From positions 62,001 through 115,746 of the forward strand of contig CAUYUJ010000289.1 in the NCBI GenBank assembly GCA_963575745.1: a stretch of 53,746 nt of DNA. The letters are read 5' to 3'. Both the position numbers and the translations under genes were made by a program. The notes beneath the pieces were generated by a model that ran no database searches, was not told the DNA's origin, and saw only the letters and a program-made list of their open reading frames with translations. Shown piece by piece: positions 35,471 through 53,104 of this stretch. The stretch comes from Prorocentrum cordatum. Taxonomy: Eukaryota. The stretch's first letter is position 1. Each line of letters starts with the position of its first letter.

Positions 35471-36990
35471 CCTGCGGAGTGAGGCGCCGCGCGGACCTGA
35501 GCGGGACCTCGCCGTCCATGGGGGGCTGCGATCTGCGAAACTGTCGCCACTTTCGAGGGCTGCTGGTGGGTCCTGCGGGGTGAGGCACCGCGCGGGCCTG
35601 AGCGGGACCTCGCCGTCCCTGGGGCTGCGATCTGCGAAGCTGTCGCCACTTTCGAGGGCTGCTGGTGGGTCCTGCGGAGTGAGGCGCCGCGCGGACCTGA
35701 GCGGGACCTCGCCGTCCCTGGGGGGCTGCGATCCGCGAGACTGTCGCCACTTTCGAGGGCTGCTGGTGGGTCCTGCGGAGTGAGGCGCCGCGCGGAACTG
35801 AGCGGGACGTCGCCGTCCCTGGGGGGCTGCGATCTGTGAAACTGTCGCCAGTTTCGAGGGCTGCTGGTGGGTCTTGCGGAGTGAGGCACCGCGCGGACCT
35901 GAGCCCGACCTCGCCGTGCCTGGGGGGCTGCGATCTGCGAACCTGTCGCCACTTTCGAGGGCTGCTGGTGGGTCCTGCGGAGTGAGGCACCGCGCGGGCC
36001 TGAGCGGGACCTCGCCGTCCCTGGGGGCTGCGATCTGCGAAACTGTCGCCACTTTCGAGGGCTGCTGGTGGGTCCTGCGGAGTGAGGCACCGCGCGGACC
36101 TGAGCGGGACCTCGCCGTCCCTGGGGGGCTGCGATCTGCGAAACTGTCGCCTTTTTCGAGGGCTGCTGATGGGTCCTGCGGAATGAGGCGCCGCGCGGAC
36201 CTGAGCGGGTCCTCGCCGTCCCTGGGGGGATGCGATCTGCGAAACTGTCGCCACTTTCGAGGGCGGCTGGTGGGTCCTGCGGAGTGAGGCACCGCGCGGA
36301 CCTGAGCGGGACCTCGCCGTCCCTGGTGGGGCTGCGATCTGAGCGAAACTGTCGCCACTTTCAGGGCTGCTGGTGGGTCCTGCGGAGTGAGGCACCGCGC
36401 GGACCTGAGCGGGACCTCGCCGTGCCTGGGGGGCTGCGATCTGCGAAACTGTCGCCACTTTCGAGGGCTGCTGGTGGGTCCTGCGGAGTGAGGCACCGCG
36501 CGGACCTGAGCGGGACCTCGCCGTCCCAGGGGGCTGCGATCTGCGAAGCTGTCGCCACTTTCGAGGGCTGCTGGTGGGTCCTGCGGAGTGAGGCACCGCG
36601 CGGCCTGAGCGGACCTCGCCGTCCCTGCGATCTGCGAAGTGTGCGCCACTTTCGAGGCTGCTGAAACTCGTCCCTGGGGGGTTGCGATCTGCGAAACTGT
36701 CGCCACTTTCGAGGGCTGCTGGTGGGTCCTGCGAAGTGAGGCACCGCGCGGACCTGAGCGGGACCTCGCCGTCCCTGGGGGGTTGCGATCTGCGAAACTG
36801 TCGCCACTTTCGAGGGCTGCTGGTGGGTCCTGTGGGGTTAGGCACCGCGCGGATCTGAGCGGGAACTCGCCGTCCCTGGGGGGCTGCGATCTGCGAAACT
36901 GTCGCCACTTTCGAGGGCTGCTGGTGGGTCCAGCGGGGCGAGGCACCACGCAGATCTGAGCGGGACATCGCAATCCTTGGGGGGCTGCGA
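35471..36990. repeat. Tandem satellite, ~101-102-bp unit, ~15 copies (variant C)
   Basis: Same core with variable part tgggtcctgcggagtgaggcaccgcgcggacctgagcggg. Confidence 0.95.
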
Positions 36991-37110
36991 GCCTCACGAA
37001 TGCCGCTCGCAGAAGTACATGCGCCCATGTCACGTCATCATCTCCGTATAACGAGTCCCAATCTACTCATGCCCCGCATTGCGCAGGGGTTGGGTACGTC
37101 GCCAGGGTAA

Positions 37111-38700
37111 TTTTCTTTCTAGTGAAGCGCGAGCTCTTTCTTAGGATCGGTGGTGATGACGAACCCAAGCTCTCGCCTGTTATGGGCTCGTCCACCGATC
37201 CAAGGATATGAGCTCACAACTTCCAAGACAGGATCGGCTGATAAACAGCCATTATTATGCCAGCGATCCAAACGAGAACAAGTGATCGATGGAATGATGA
37301 CTGTCCGCCAATCGAAGGAAAAAAGGGTTTTCTTAAGAACCTAAAGATAACACATGAAAAAGATGATGAACGGCTGTTAAAACCTTCCCCTTTCTTTTTC
37401 ATTACAATCTGCTGTCAATTACATTCTCCCTCATAATCAAGTAAAGCTTTTTCATTTAAGTTTTAATGCGAGGGGGGATTTTGAAGTTGACCGCAGAGAA
37501 TGGAAACACAACTGGACCAGCAGCTTACAGACGGCTATTGTTCCTTTTCTTAGTGTGGTCACACATAATAAATTAAAGTGCGAGTGGCCACCGAGAAATA
37601 ATAGCCGTCAGTTGATAGCTGAATATGATCCACCCTTGGTCCTTTCTTTCCGTCATACAAAGAGAAAAAAACGAACAGCAGTGCGAATGAAAGAGTTGAT
37701 GATGCACAACTGTGCTTAAGCACGCATCAACCTTTTCATTCTCTTTCTTTTACGTGTTCTCTTAATAAAGGAAAGAAAGAAAGGGACCACGGAGAAGACT
37801 GCAGGACCTTCAATCAATCCTGGCGTTATCAAAGAAAATGTGCGTGCTTCAGCACCAATCAAAGCTTGCATTTTCTTTAGCACCAGAGATTGTTGAGTCC
37901 TGAAGGTCTTCTTTCATTTCTTTACAAAAAAGTTCATCTTTGAGTCCTTTCCATTTTCTCTCTTGTGCGCTCTTGAGATCCAGCCAGTCATTAAACAGAC
38001 ACAATATTGGATTTGAGCTCACAGAAGAAAGAAATTCATGAAAGGACCAAAGGGGCTCTCCCTAAGAAGTGAATGATTATCGGACCGAAGAACATGTCTC
38101 ATTTATTCCCTTATGTAATCTCATGCTTTCTCTTGAGAGAACATATGAATGAAATGAGATTAATATATATATATATATACACATATTAGTTCCAGAAGGC
38201 CCGCCAGTCGTTAACGGTTAACCGCTTCGCTCTTCCTTTCTTGTGGTGGGTTCATAACAGCTGCTGCTGACCCGCCATCACAACGAAGGAAAGAAGAGCC
38301 AAAGCGTGGTAACGTTAACCGTTAACAGCCTGCTGCTTACTACGGAGGTCTTGTGAACTCATTTTCTTCTCTTCATTGATCTGCTGTCTTCGATGGCATC
38401 ATTCATTAAGCTGAGGCTTAAGCCATCGAATTATGACAGCAGGTCGTAGAGAAGAAAGTGATTTCAAATGCTGAGCCAAAGAGCTCTAGTTTGATGGTCA
38501 ATCGAAGATTGAAGCTGAAGCTCATGCCATCAAACGAGAGAGAGAGAGCTCTTCTCCAAGGCCAGCATTTTTGAATCACTTCCTCATTTTAGTTGAAGGA
38601 AACAATCTCTGGCACAGGAGTTTCTGTCTTTTCATAATAAACTCAGAACTAATTCCTTGAAGAAAAGTATAAGCATTTTTTGTTCAAGAAAAAAACAGAA
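37111..38700 (+). other. AT-rich hairpin-array island, segment 3
   Basis: Same architecture: ggatcggtgg/ccaccgatcc (~37144-37201), gacggctatt/aatagccgtc (~37529-37609), gtgc-TTAA-gcac (~37716), gtgc-TTCA-gcac (~37848), tctc-TTGA-gaga (~38133), gttaacggttaac/gttaaccgttaac (~38210-38326), aagc-TGAG-gctt (~38413), agc-TGAA-gct (~38516). Confidence 0.75.
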
Positions 38701-39068
38701 GGATTCCTTAACCCCCACCCTGACTCGCGATGAGTGAATTGTCCGTGTTCGGTTCTTTCCAGGCTTTCGCCCGCGAGGTTTGGGCCCGAGGTCGTTTTCA
38801 CTAAACCACGTTTTTCTAAAGGGGGTTCTGTCCATCCCCGAGAATCCAGGCCAGCGGCCTTGAAAAGCGGCGTCTTGTGCCGACTTACAGGCCAGAGAGC
38901 AGGTCTCCTCTTCCCGTCCTGCGTGTCGGCACTCTGCTGCGTGCTGCGGCTTGGTGGCCCTCGTCCGAGGTGTGGGCATGCCCTCCCCGCCCACGGCTGC
39001 CGCGCCTCCCCGGCCCGCCTCCCGGGCGGGGGTGGGGACGAAGCCCGCGCGCGCGCTCGGGCGCCCAG

Positions 39069-39204
39069 GACGGGCGCGGACACGCCACATTGGCGGCGAG
39101 GGCCTTCCGCGCGGGGGAGCAGATCTTCTGCGAGCCGCCCCTGGTGCTGGTCGCCGGCACGGCGGGGTCGAGGTTCGAGGATCGGGGCCCCCAGATCTCC
39201 GACG
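39069..39204 (+). CDS. Exon of SET-domain (SMYD/Set5-like) lysine methyltransferase, N-terminal SET segment
   Basis: cccag| acceptor at 39067-39068, then DGRGHATLAARAFRAGEQIFCEPPLVLV, matching the SET-N motif GRG...A.R.(I/F)..GE.I..E.PL; donor approximate (G|GC at 39204 or gtgagt at 39207). Confidence 0.7.
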
Positions 39205-40534
39205 GCGTGAGTGTTCATTCCCCACGTTTGTCCTCGATTAGGGGGCCTCATGCGAACCCTGCCCCTACCCCCCACGTTTTCTGAGGGGGAGGGGTAGGGT
39301 TCGCATGTGGCCCCCTATCGATTTTGGCCCGTGGAGCCCCTTCCTGGCCAAACAGCCATGGATCCGGGATCCGGGACAAAAGACTGCCCCTCAAGGGACG
39401 AAAACATATCGTCGGGCGTCTGGGTTTGGGCGTAGTCATCTGGCCCGGGGCGTCCAGGGTATTTCCAGAGGCTCTAGGCCTCCTAGATGGGGTCCGAGTA
39501 GATGGGGTCGGAGGATCGCGCCGCATCGCCCGTGAATCGGCGATGCGGCTCGATGTGGAGCCCGATTTTTCCCACGCTGGCGTCGCGGATGCGTCGCCGA
39601 CGTCGCCGATGCATCGCCGATGCATCGCCGATGCATCGCCGATGCGGCGCGATCCGTCGACCCCACCCAGTCGGATGCCATCTGGGAGGCCTCTATTTTC
39701 AGAGGCCCCCGACCAGAGTTTTTTGCTTTGTTTGCGCGTCTCGCCCGCTCATCCCCGATCTTTCAGGAGTATGGGGAAATATGGGAAAATATGGGGAATC
39801 TTTTTATTAGTGTGTATTTATTTAATCGCTTCGCTCATGCCGCCGGCCCTGGAGCCCTCTTTAGGGCCTCTTGGGGGCCTCTTGGGGACCTCTTGGGAGT
39901 CTCTTGGGGCTCCTTGGCGGCGTTTTGGAGGCCCCCAGGGCCTCTTGGGGGGCTCTTGGGGGTAGTCGATTGCGGCTCCCCCCTCGGAGGCCACGATCCT
40001 CGTGAGGGGTGTCGAAAAATACCCTCCCCTGGAGTGGTCTGGTGGCTTCTCCCGGGCTTCTCTCGGGACCTTGCCGGGGTACTTTTCGTCCGGGGGCCCC
40101 CAGGGGCCGCTCCGCGCGCGCGAACTAGAAATATTGTTAACAAGTTACCGGAGATCTTAGCACGCCTCTGGCCCGTTGGGCCGGCGAATTTGTGTGTCCT
40201 GGGGCTCCTTTAATCTTGTCCCGAGTGCCCAGCCTTCCCTATATAGAAATGCGGTTTTGCGATCGGGGACCTGTCGCCGAGCTATATCGGCGAGGCGTCG
40301 TCGCGATGGCAGGCAGGGCGTGTGCCTCCTGAGGCGTCTCACCCCTTCGGCCTCCCTCCTTTCGAGGAAGCAGAAGAGCGCCACGAACGTAACTTTTCGG
40401 CGCTCCGCGCGGATTTCCTGGATCCGCTCCGGGGCCCCCCTGGCGGCGCCTCCGGCGCCGCCCCCCTGGTGCGCTCCGCAACATGGGGAGGGGGGTCCAG
40501 CGCGTATGCAAGAAATCCGCGCGGACCGTCGAAC

Positions 40535-40679
<145 letters not shown>

Positions 40680-41527
40680 TTGTTCTTCCTCTAATGTCAG
40701 CAGGGTGGCATCATTCAACATCGAGAGCGTGCAGCATCGAAAGTCCAAGGCTTCCAGCGTCTGGCAAGAGTCAGGACGGCTTGCTTCTCCGATTTGTTAT
40801 TGAGGCTTGTTTCGAGCCCTGGGGCCTGCCGAACATTGCCCACGGCGCGAAAATCATGCGGCCGAAATGGTCGAGTGCACTTAAGCATCGAACGAGTTTT
40901 GGAAGTATATTTGAGGCTGCTTGGAGGCAGATCGATCCTCTCTTAGGACTTGTTTGGGGATCTTGGGGGCCTTCTTGGGGCAGTCTTGGACGCCACGTCC
41001 ATCGGCCCCCGGAAGACACCGAACTCGAGGCGCACACCGGCATCAAACGGCTCCAGAAGTGCCCCAAACACTGAAACAGGTCGCAAGAAGGGTCTCGACA
41101 GGGCTCCAACGGGGCGTCAAGAGCACCCCAAAAGAGCTTCAAAGGGTCCGAAGAGGAATCCCAATCCTCGAATCCCAACCCTCGAATCCAATGTGTTCTC
41201 TCGCTCCGCTGATGCACTTCGGCGCACCGTGACACAGATGCTCAGCCCGCCTGGGACTTGCCTAACCCAGGGGTGAGCTCGGTGGCTTAACCTGCTCGAG
41301 CCAAACCCCTCGAATCCGAGGCTCCGCCCAACATGGGTTTTCATCCGTGGTCTGTCCTTCTGTCCGCGGCTGGCCAGGGCGACCACCACGCCAAAGTATT
41401 CGTAACCCCCAGTCCACAGACGAGGGGGGAAGTGCTGCGGCACGAGGGCCCACGACCGAGACCACGACGACGACGACGACGCCGACGACGACGAGGATGA
41501 CGACGACGACGACGACGACGACGATGT

Positions 41528-41602
<75 letters not shown>

Positions 41603-42727
41603 CTCGCCCGCTCTCCGCGGGGGTGAGGGATCAGTTTGGAAGGGCTGGCAGCTTAGGCCGCCTACGCCCACAGGGCTGGCGGGACCACTCGCAACGGAGG
41701 GTGGTGCGATACTGCGATGATGACTCTGGAAATGGTTACTTACCCTGATCAGCAGATCCTTCCATAAGACCTAGTGTTCATGTTCGTGCCTGACCTGGTC
41801 GATGGTGGGTTGAGTTCAATGCGCCCAAGGTCTACCCCACCCGCGACCCCGAGTGGCTTGCCGCCTTGCGAGTCGAGCTCCTGCGGCTCAGCGAGGCGTG
41901 CGCGTGGCAGTACTGCGTGGCCTGCATGTGCTTGCTTGCCTCGGAGTTGCCGCCAGGCGCCCCAGAGGGCCTTGCTCCGATGGATGAGGATCCGCAGAAG
42001 GCAGTCTGAATGTAGGAGGACGATTAAGAACTGCCGTGGGGGAGAAACGCCACTCGAATAACAAGCTACCAAAACAGAAGCTTTCGGAGGTCTGCGCGGA
42101 TTTCTTGGATCGGCGTTGGACCCCCCTGGCGGCCCGGCGGCGCCTCTGGCGCCGCCCCCGGAGGGTTCTAGCGCAGATGCAAGAAATTCGTGGGGACTTC
42201 CGAAAGTTTATGTCTGTGTAGTGTTCTCTTCCTCTAGATTGAGAGCTGCCTGCCGAGGGCGTCACGCAGAAGAGCTCGGGGCGATGATTGATACATTGAG
42301 ATCCAGGCCCGCTCTTGACGGTTCCATCCAGAACTTCTCATAGCGGCAACCAACTATTTGTTGGACCGCTCCCCCTGGGGTTGAGTTCTTAGTCGTCATC
42401 CTACAATTGAAACCCATGCCAAGAAAGACCCTGCTTGCCTCCAGGGTGCCCTGGGGTTCTCGGGTTTCGACGGTTCTGCTATGGAAACGCCACGCTCCCA
42501 CACCAAAAATCAATGGGCGTCCTGGGGTCTGAGGGTTAGGTTTCTTGTGGAAGGTTTCTCGTGGGCGAGCTCTTGCTGTACATCACCCGATGGTCCGCGC
42601 AGATTTCTCGGGTCGGCGCTGGACCCCACTGGCGGGGTCTCTGCGCCAGGGGCGCGTGCCTGGCGCCTGCCCCAGAGGTCCGCGCGGACTTCCGAGTGCT
42701 GATGCTCGCGCTGCCGCTCTTGTTTTT

Positions 42728-42885
42728 CAGGAGGGGAAAAAACACACAGACACAATTAATCTTCGATCCCCAGGAAAATATGGAAAAACATGGGAAGTGG
42801 GGGGGAAGACAAAACCCCAGAAAATATGGGAAAATATGGGGAATCATTTTATTTGCGTATTTATTTGTGTGTCACAGGGCCCCTT
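42728..42885 (+). repeat. Dispersed ~155-bp element (copies ~17130-17281, ~22737-22882, ~43397-43555, ~45429-45588, ~48992-49140, partial ~39765-39825)
   Basis: caggaggggaaaaa-cacacagacacaattaatc...gggaaaatatgggaagtgg...tttatttgtgtgtccc.gggccc. Confidence 0.85.
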
Positions 42886-43058
42886 CAGTTTTGTTCTCCC
42901 CGTGTGCGCCGCCATGCCTGGCCATGGCCACCCCGGGCCCTGCGGCAGGGCGGGCGCACGGCAGGTTCGTGTCGCGCGCCGACCGGCGGCGACCCCGCCG
43001 CCGGCGTTCAGAGTTGATCCCCGCTGGGGACCCAGAATCGGTCGGTGTTGACGAACTA

Positions 43059-43208
43059 GGGGGCCACATGCGAACCCTACCCCTACCCCCCACGATTTCT
43101 GAGGGGGAGGGTGGGGTTCACTCCGTTCGGGAGCTCCCGAGCAAAGTGAACCCCACCCTCCCCCTCAGAAATCGTGGGGGGTAGGGGTAGGGTTCGCATG
43201 CGGCCCCC
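43059..43208. mobile_element. Tc1/mariner-type (TA-flanked) palindromic MITE; short copy at 39241-39315
   Basis: TA|gggggccacatgcgaaccctaccccta...taggggtagggttcgcatgcggccccc|TA; both copies flanked by TA. Confidence 0.8.
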
Positions 43209-43576
43209 TACCGACGTTCCGGAAACGGCCGATCCTTCAAATCTGAACGACCCCGCGGTGTCGGGAAGCACCGCCGCGGTCGACACGACACGCGAACATG
43301 CCGTACAGAGCATCCTGGCCTCGGCCAGGAGGGCGTGTGCACCAGGCGAAGGCCCGGGGTGGCCCTGGCCCAGCTGTGGTTGTGGTGCCATGGTTCAGGA
43401 GGGGAAAAAACACACAGACACAATTAATCGTCGATTTACCCAGAAGATATGGGAAAATATGGGAAGTGGGGGGGAAGACAAAAACACCAAAAATATAGGA
43501 AAATATGGGGAATCTTTTTATTTGTGTGTATTTATTTGTGTGTCCCTGGGCCCCTTTAATGGTGCCCTCTGCGCAG

Positions 43577-43629
43577 AGGAGCGGCGCCAGAAGCTCACGG
43601 ACCTGTGCGGCAGAGAGGACGAGGACAGG
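43577..43629 (+). CDS. Probable internal micro-exon of the SET-domain gene (EERRQKLTDLCGREDEDR)
   Basis: gcgcag| acceptor and G|GT donor; lies between the two SET-motif exons on the same strand. Confidence 0.4.
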
Positions 43630-44589
43630 GTGCACTGCGATCCGATCGATGCGACTCGACACCGGCTTCGGCCAGCCCGATGCTTGCACGGGCGCTTCGG
43701 GCGTTGCTTCGTGGGGGGACGATGAGTAGGAGGGTGGACAACATGTGCACCTTCTGCGCCCCAAAGGGGCCCCCTGGAGCCCCAAAGTGGCACGACCTCC
43801 CACATCGCCCCCCCCCCCCCCCCCATACGCCCAAGCGCTGTCGTGCATCCTGACGCGGCCAGGTTCGATTCGACTCCGACTCCGCGCCGATCCGACACGC
43901 AATCTTGGTCCAATCCAACGAGTTTTCCGAGCTCAGACATTCGGCTCCGACGGGTCCAGTCCAATCCGATTCGGTTCCGATGGGTTGTCCGAGCCCAGAC
44001 ATCCGACGACTTGATTTTGTTCAATCCGCGCTCCAGGGATCTCGACCACTTCCCAGGGGGACTGTTTTTTGTCCCAGGTCCGTTTCTCGTTCTGCAGGTA
44101 CCGATAGCGGGCCCGAGGGGCCGAAACCGAGGAGAACCGACGGGAAATTGACAACCATATTTAGTACCCCGCAGTTGTGGATAAGAGTGAGGGGGCGGCG
44201 GGGACGTTGGCAGTCTGCGAGGCTCTGAAGAAGCCCGCCGCAAGCGTTTAATTTTCACAAATTATACAATGAGCCCGCCGCAGGCGCCGATTCTTTTATT
44301 AAAGCAAGGTGGGTGGAGCGCGGGTGGGTCGCGGGTGGGTCGCGGGTGGATCACGGGGATCGCGGGGCGGGTCGCGAGTTGGTCGAGGGCGGGTCGCGGG
44401 GCGGGTCGCAGGGGGATCGCGGGTGGGTCCCGGGGTGGGTCGCGGGTGGGTCGCGGGTGGGTCGCCAGCCGGGTCGCGGATGGGACGACGACAACAACGC
44501 AACGAAACGAAACGAAACGAAATGCAACAACACCAACCACAACACCACCAACAACACCAACAACACCAACGACAACAACAACACCAACA

Positions 44590-52530
<7,941 letters not shown>

Positions 52531-52921
52531 TTCAGACGAGAGAGAGTGCACGCACCGTCCTCGCCGCGGAGCCCCGCCCCCCAGCCACGCACCCAGGGAC
52601 AGTGCATGCCCGCCCGGCCCCCTCGCTCCGATCATGGGCCGTTCGGGCCTCGCGAGGGCGGCGAGGATCTAGGCCCCTAAGATGGGGTCGCAACAGATGG
52701 GGTCGGAGGGTCGCGCCGCATCGCCGATGCATCGACGCTGCGGCTCGATGTGCAGCCCGATCTGCCCCACGTCGACGCCGCCGATGCATCGCCGACGCAT
52801 CGGCGATTCGGTGGCGACGCATCGCCGATGCATCGGCGATGCGGTGGCGATGCGGCGCAGTCCTTCGACCCCATGTAGTCGGACCCCATCCAGGAGGCCT
52901 CTGGTGCTCGGGCCCCGCGAG

Positions 52922-53104
52922 GACGGCGAGGATGGCCCCTCGGACCTCGCCGAGCTCGCCGCCGGCCACCTCCTGGCGCCCGCGGGGCAGGCCGAGGGCC
53001 CCGCAGCTTCCGGCGGGAGCGCCGAGAGGCTGCGCCTCGCGGCGCGGCTGGACGACCTGGCCGCGCGGGTGTCGCGCAACGGCTTCCAGGTCGTGGACCT
53101 GAAG
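52922..53104 (+). CDS. Exon of SET-domain gene ending in ...LAARLDDLAARVSRNGFQVVDLK
   Basis: AG acceptor 52920-52921, 183 nt in frame, AAG|GC donor. The 'R...N(G/A)F' motif precedes the GL(F/Y)...NHSC.PN catalytic motif in SMYD-type SET proteins; that motif is expected downstream of the window. Confidence 0.6.

Larger units (their letters stand above)
32767..37114 (+). mobile_element. Second Helentron/DINE-like element with central ~102-bp arrays, interrupted by the retrocopy
   Basis: Starts TTTTT-CCCAACCCTCCTTGGTTGGG-GATTCGTTTTGAATAGAG; ends AGGGGTTGGGTACGTCGCCAGGGTAA-TTTT, where GGGTTGGG is the inverse of the 5' CCCAACCC. Confidence 0.55.

Noticed and set aside
28895..36990. CRISPR-like repeat-spacer appearance of the 102-bp arrays
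   Set aside because: The variable segments are near-identical within each array rather than unique spacers, the constant part is ~60 bp, no cas genes are present, and the context is eukaryotic.
35192..37033. 613-aa and 540-aa ORFs, and the AAICETVATFE repeat ORFs
   Set aside because: Open frames running through GC-rich satellite units on both strands; not credible proteins.
32740..37125. Re-joining of a single hairpin across the second element's insertion site as proof of contiguity
   Set aside because: Pairing across the junction is possible (agaaaat/attttct), but the left flank already pairs with 32668-32690, so the evidence is ambiguous.
25710..38700. Hairpins as integron attC sites, hammerhead ribozymes or snoRNA clusters
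   Set aside because: No RYYYAAC/GTTRRRY ends or cassette ORFs; only isolated CTGATGA without a complete hammerhead core; no regular C/D or H/ACA box placement seen by eye.
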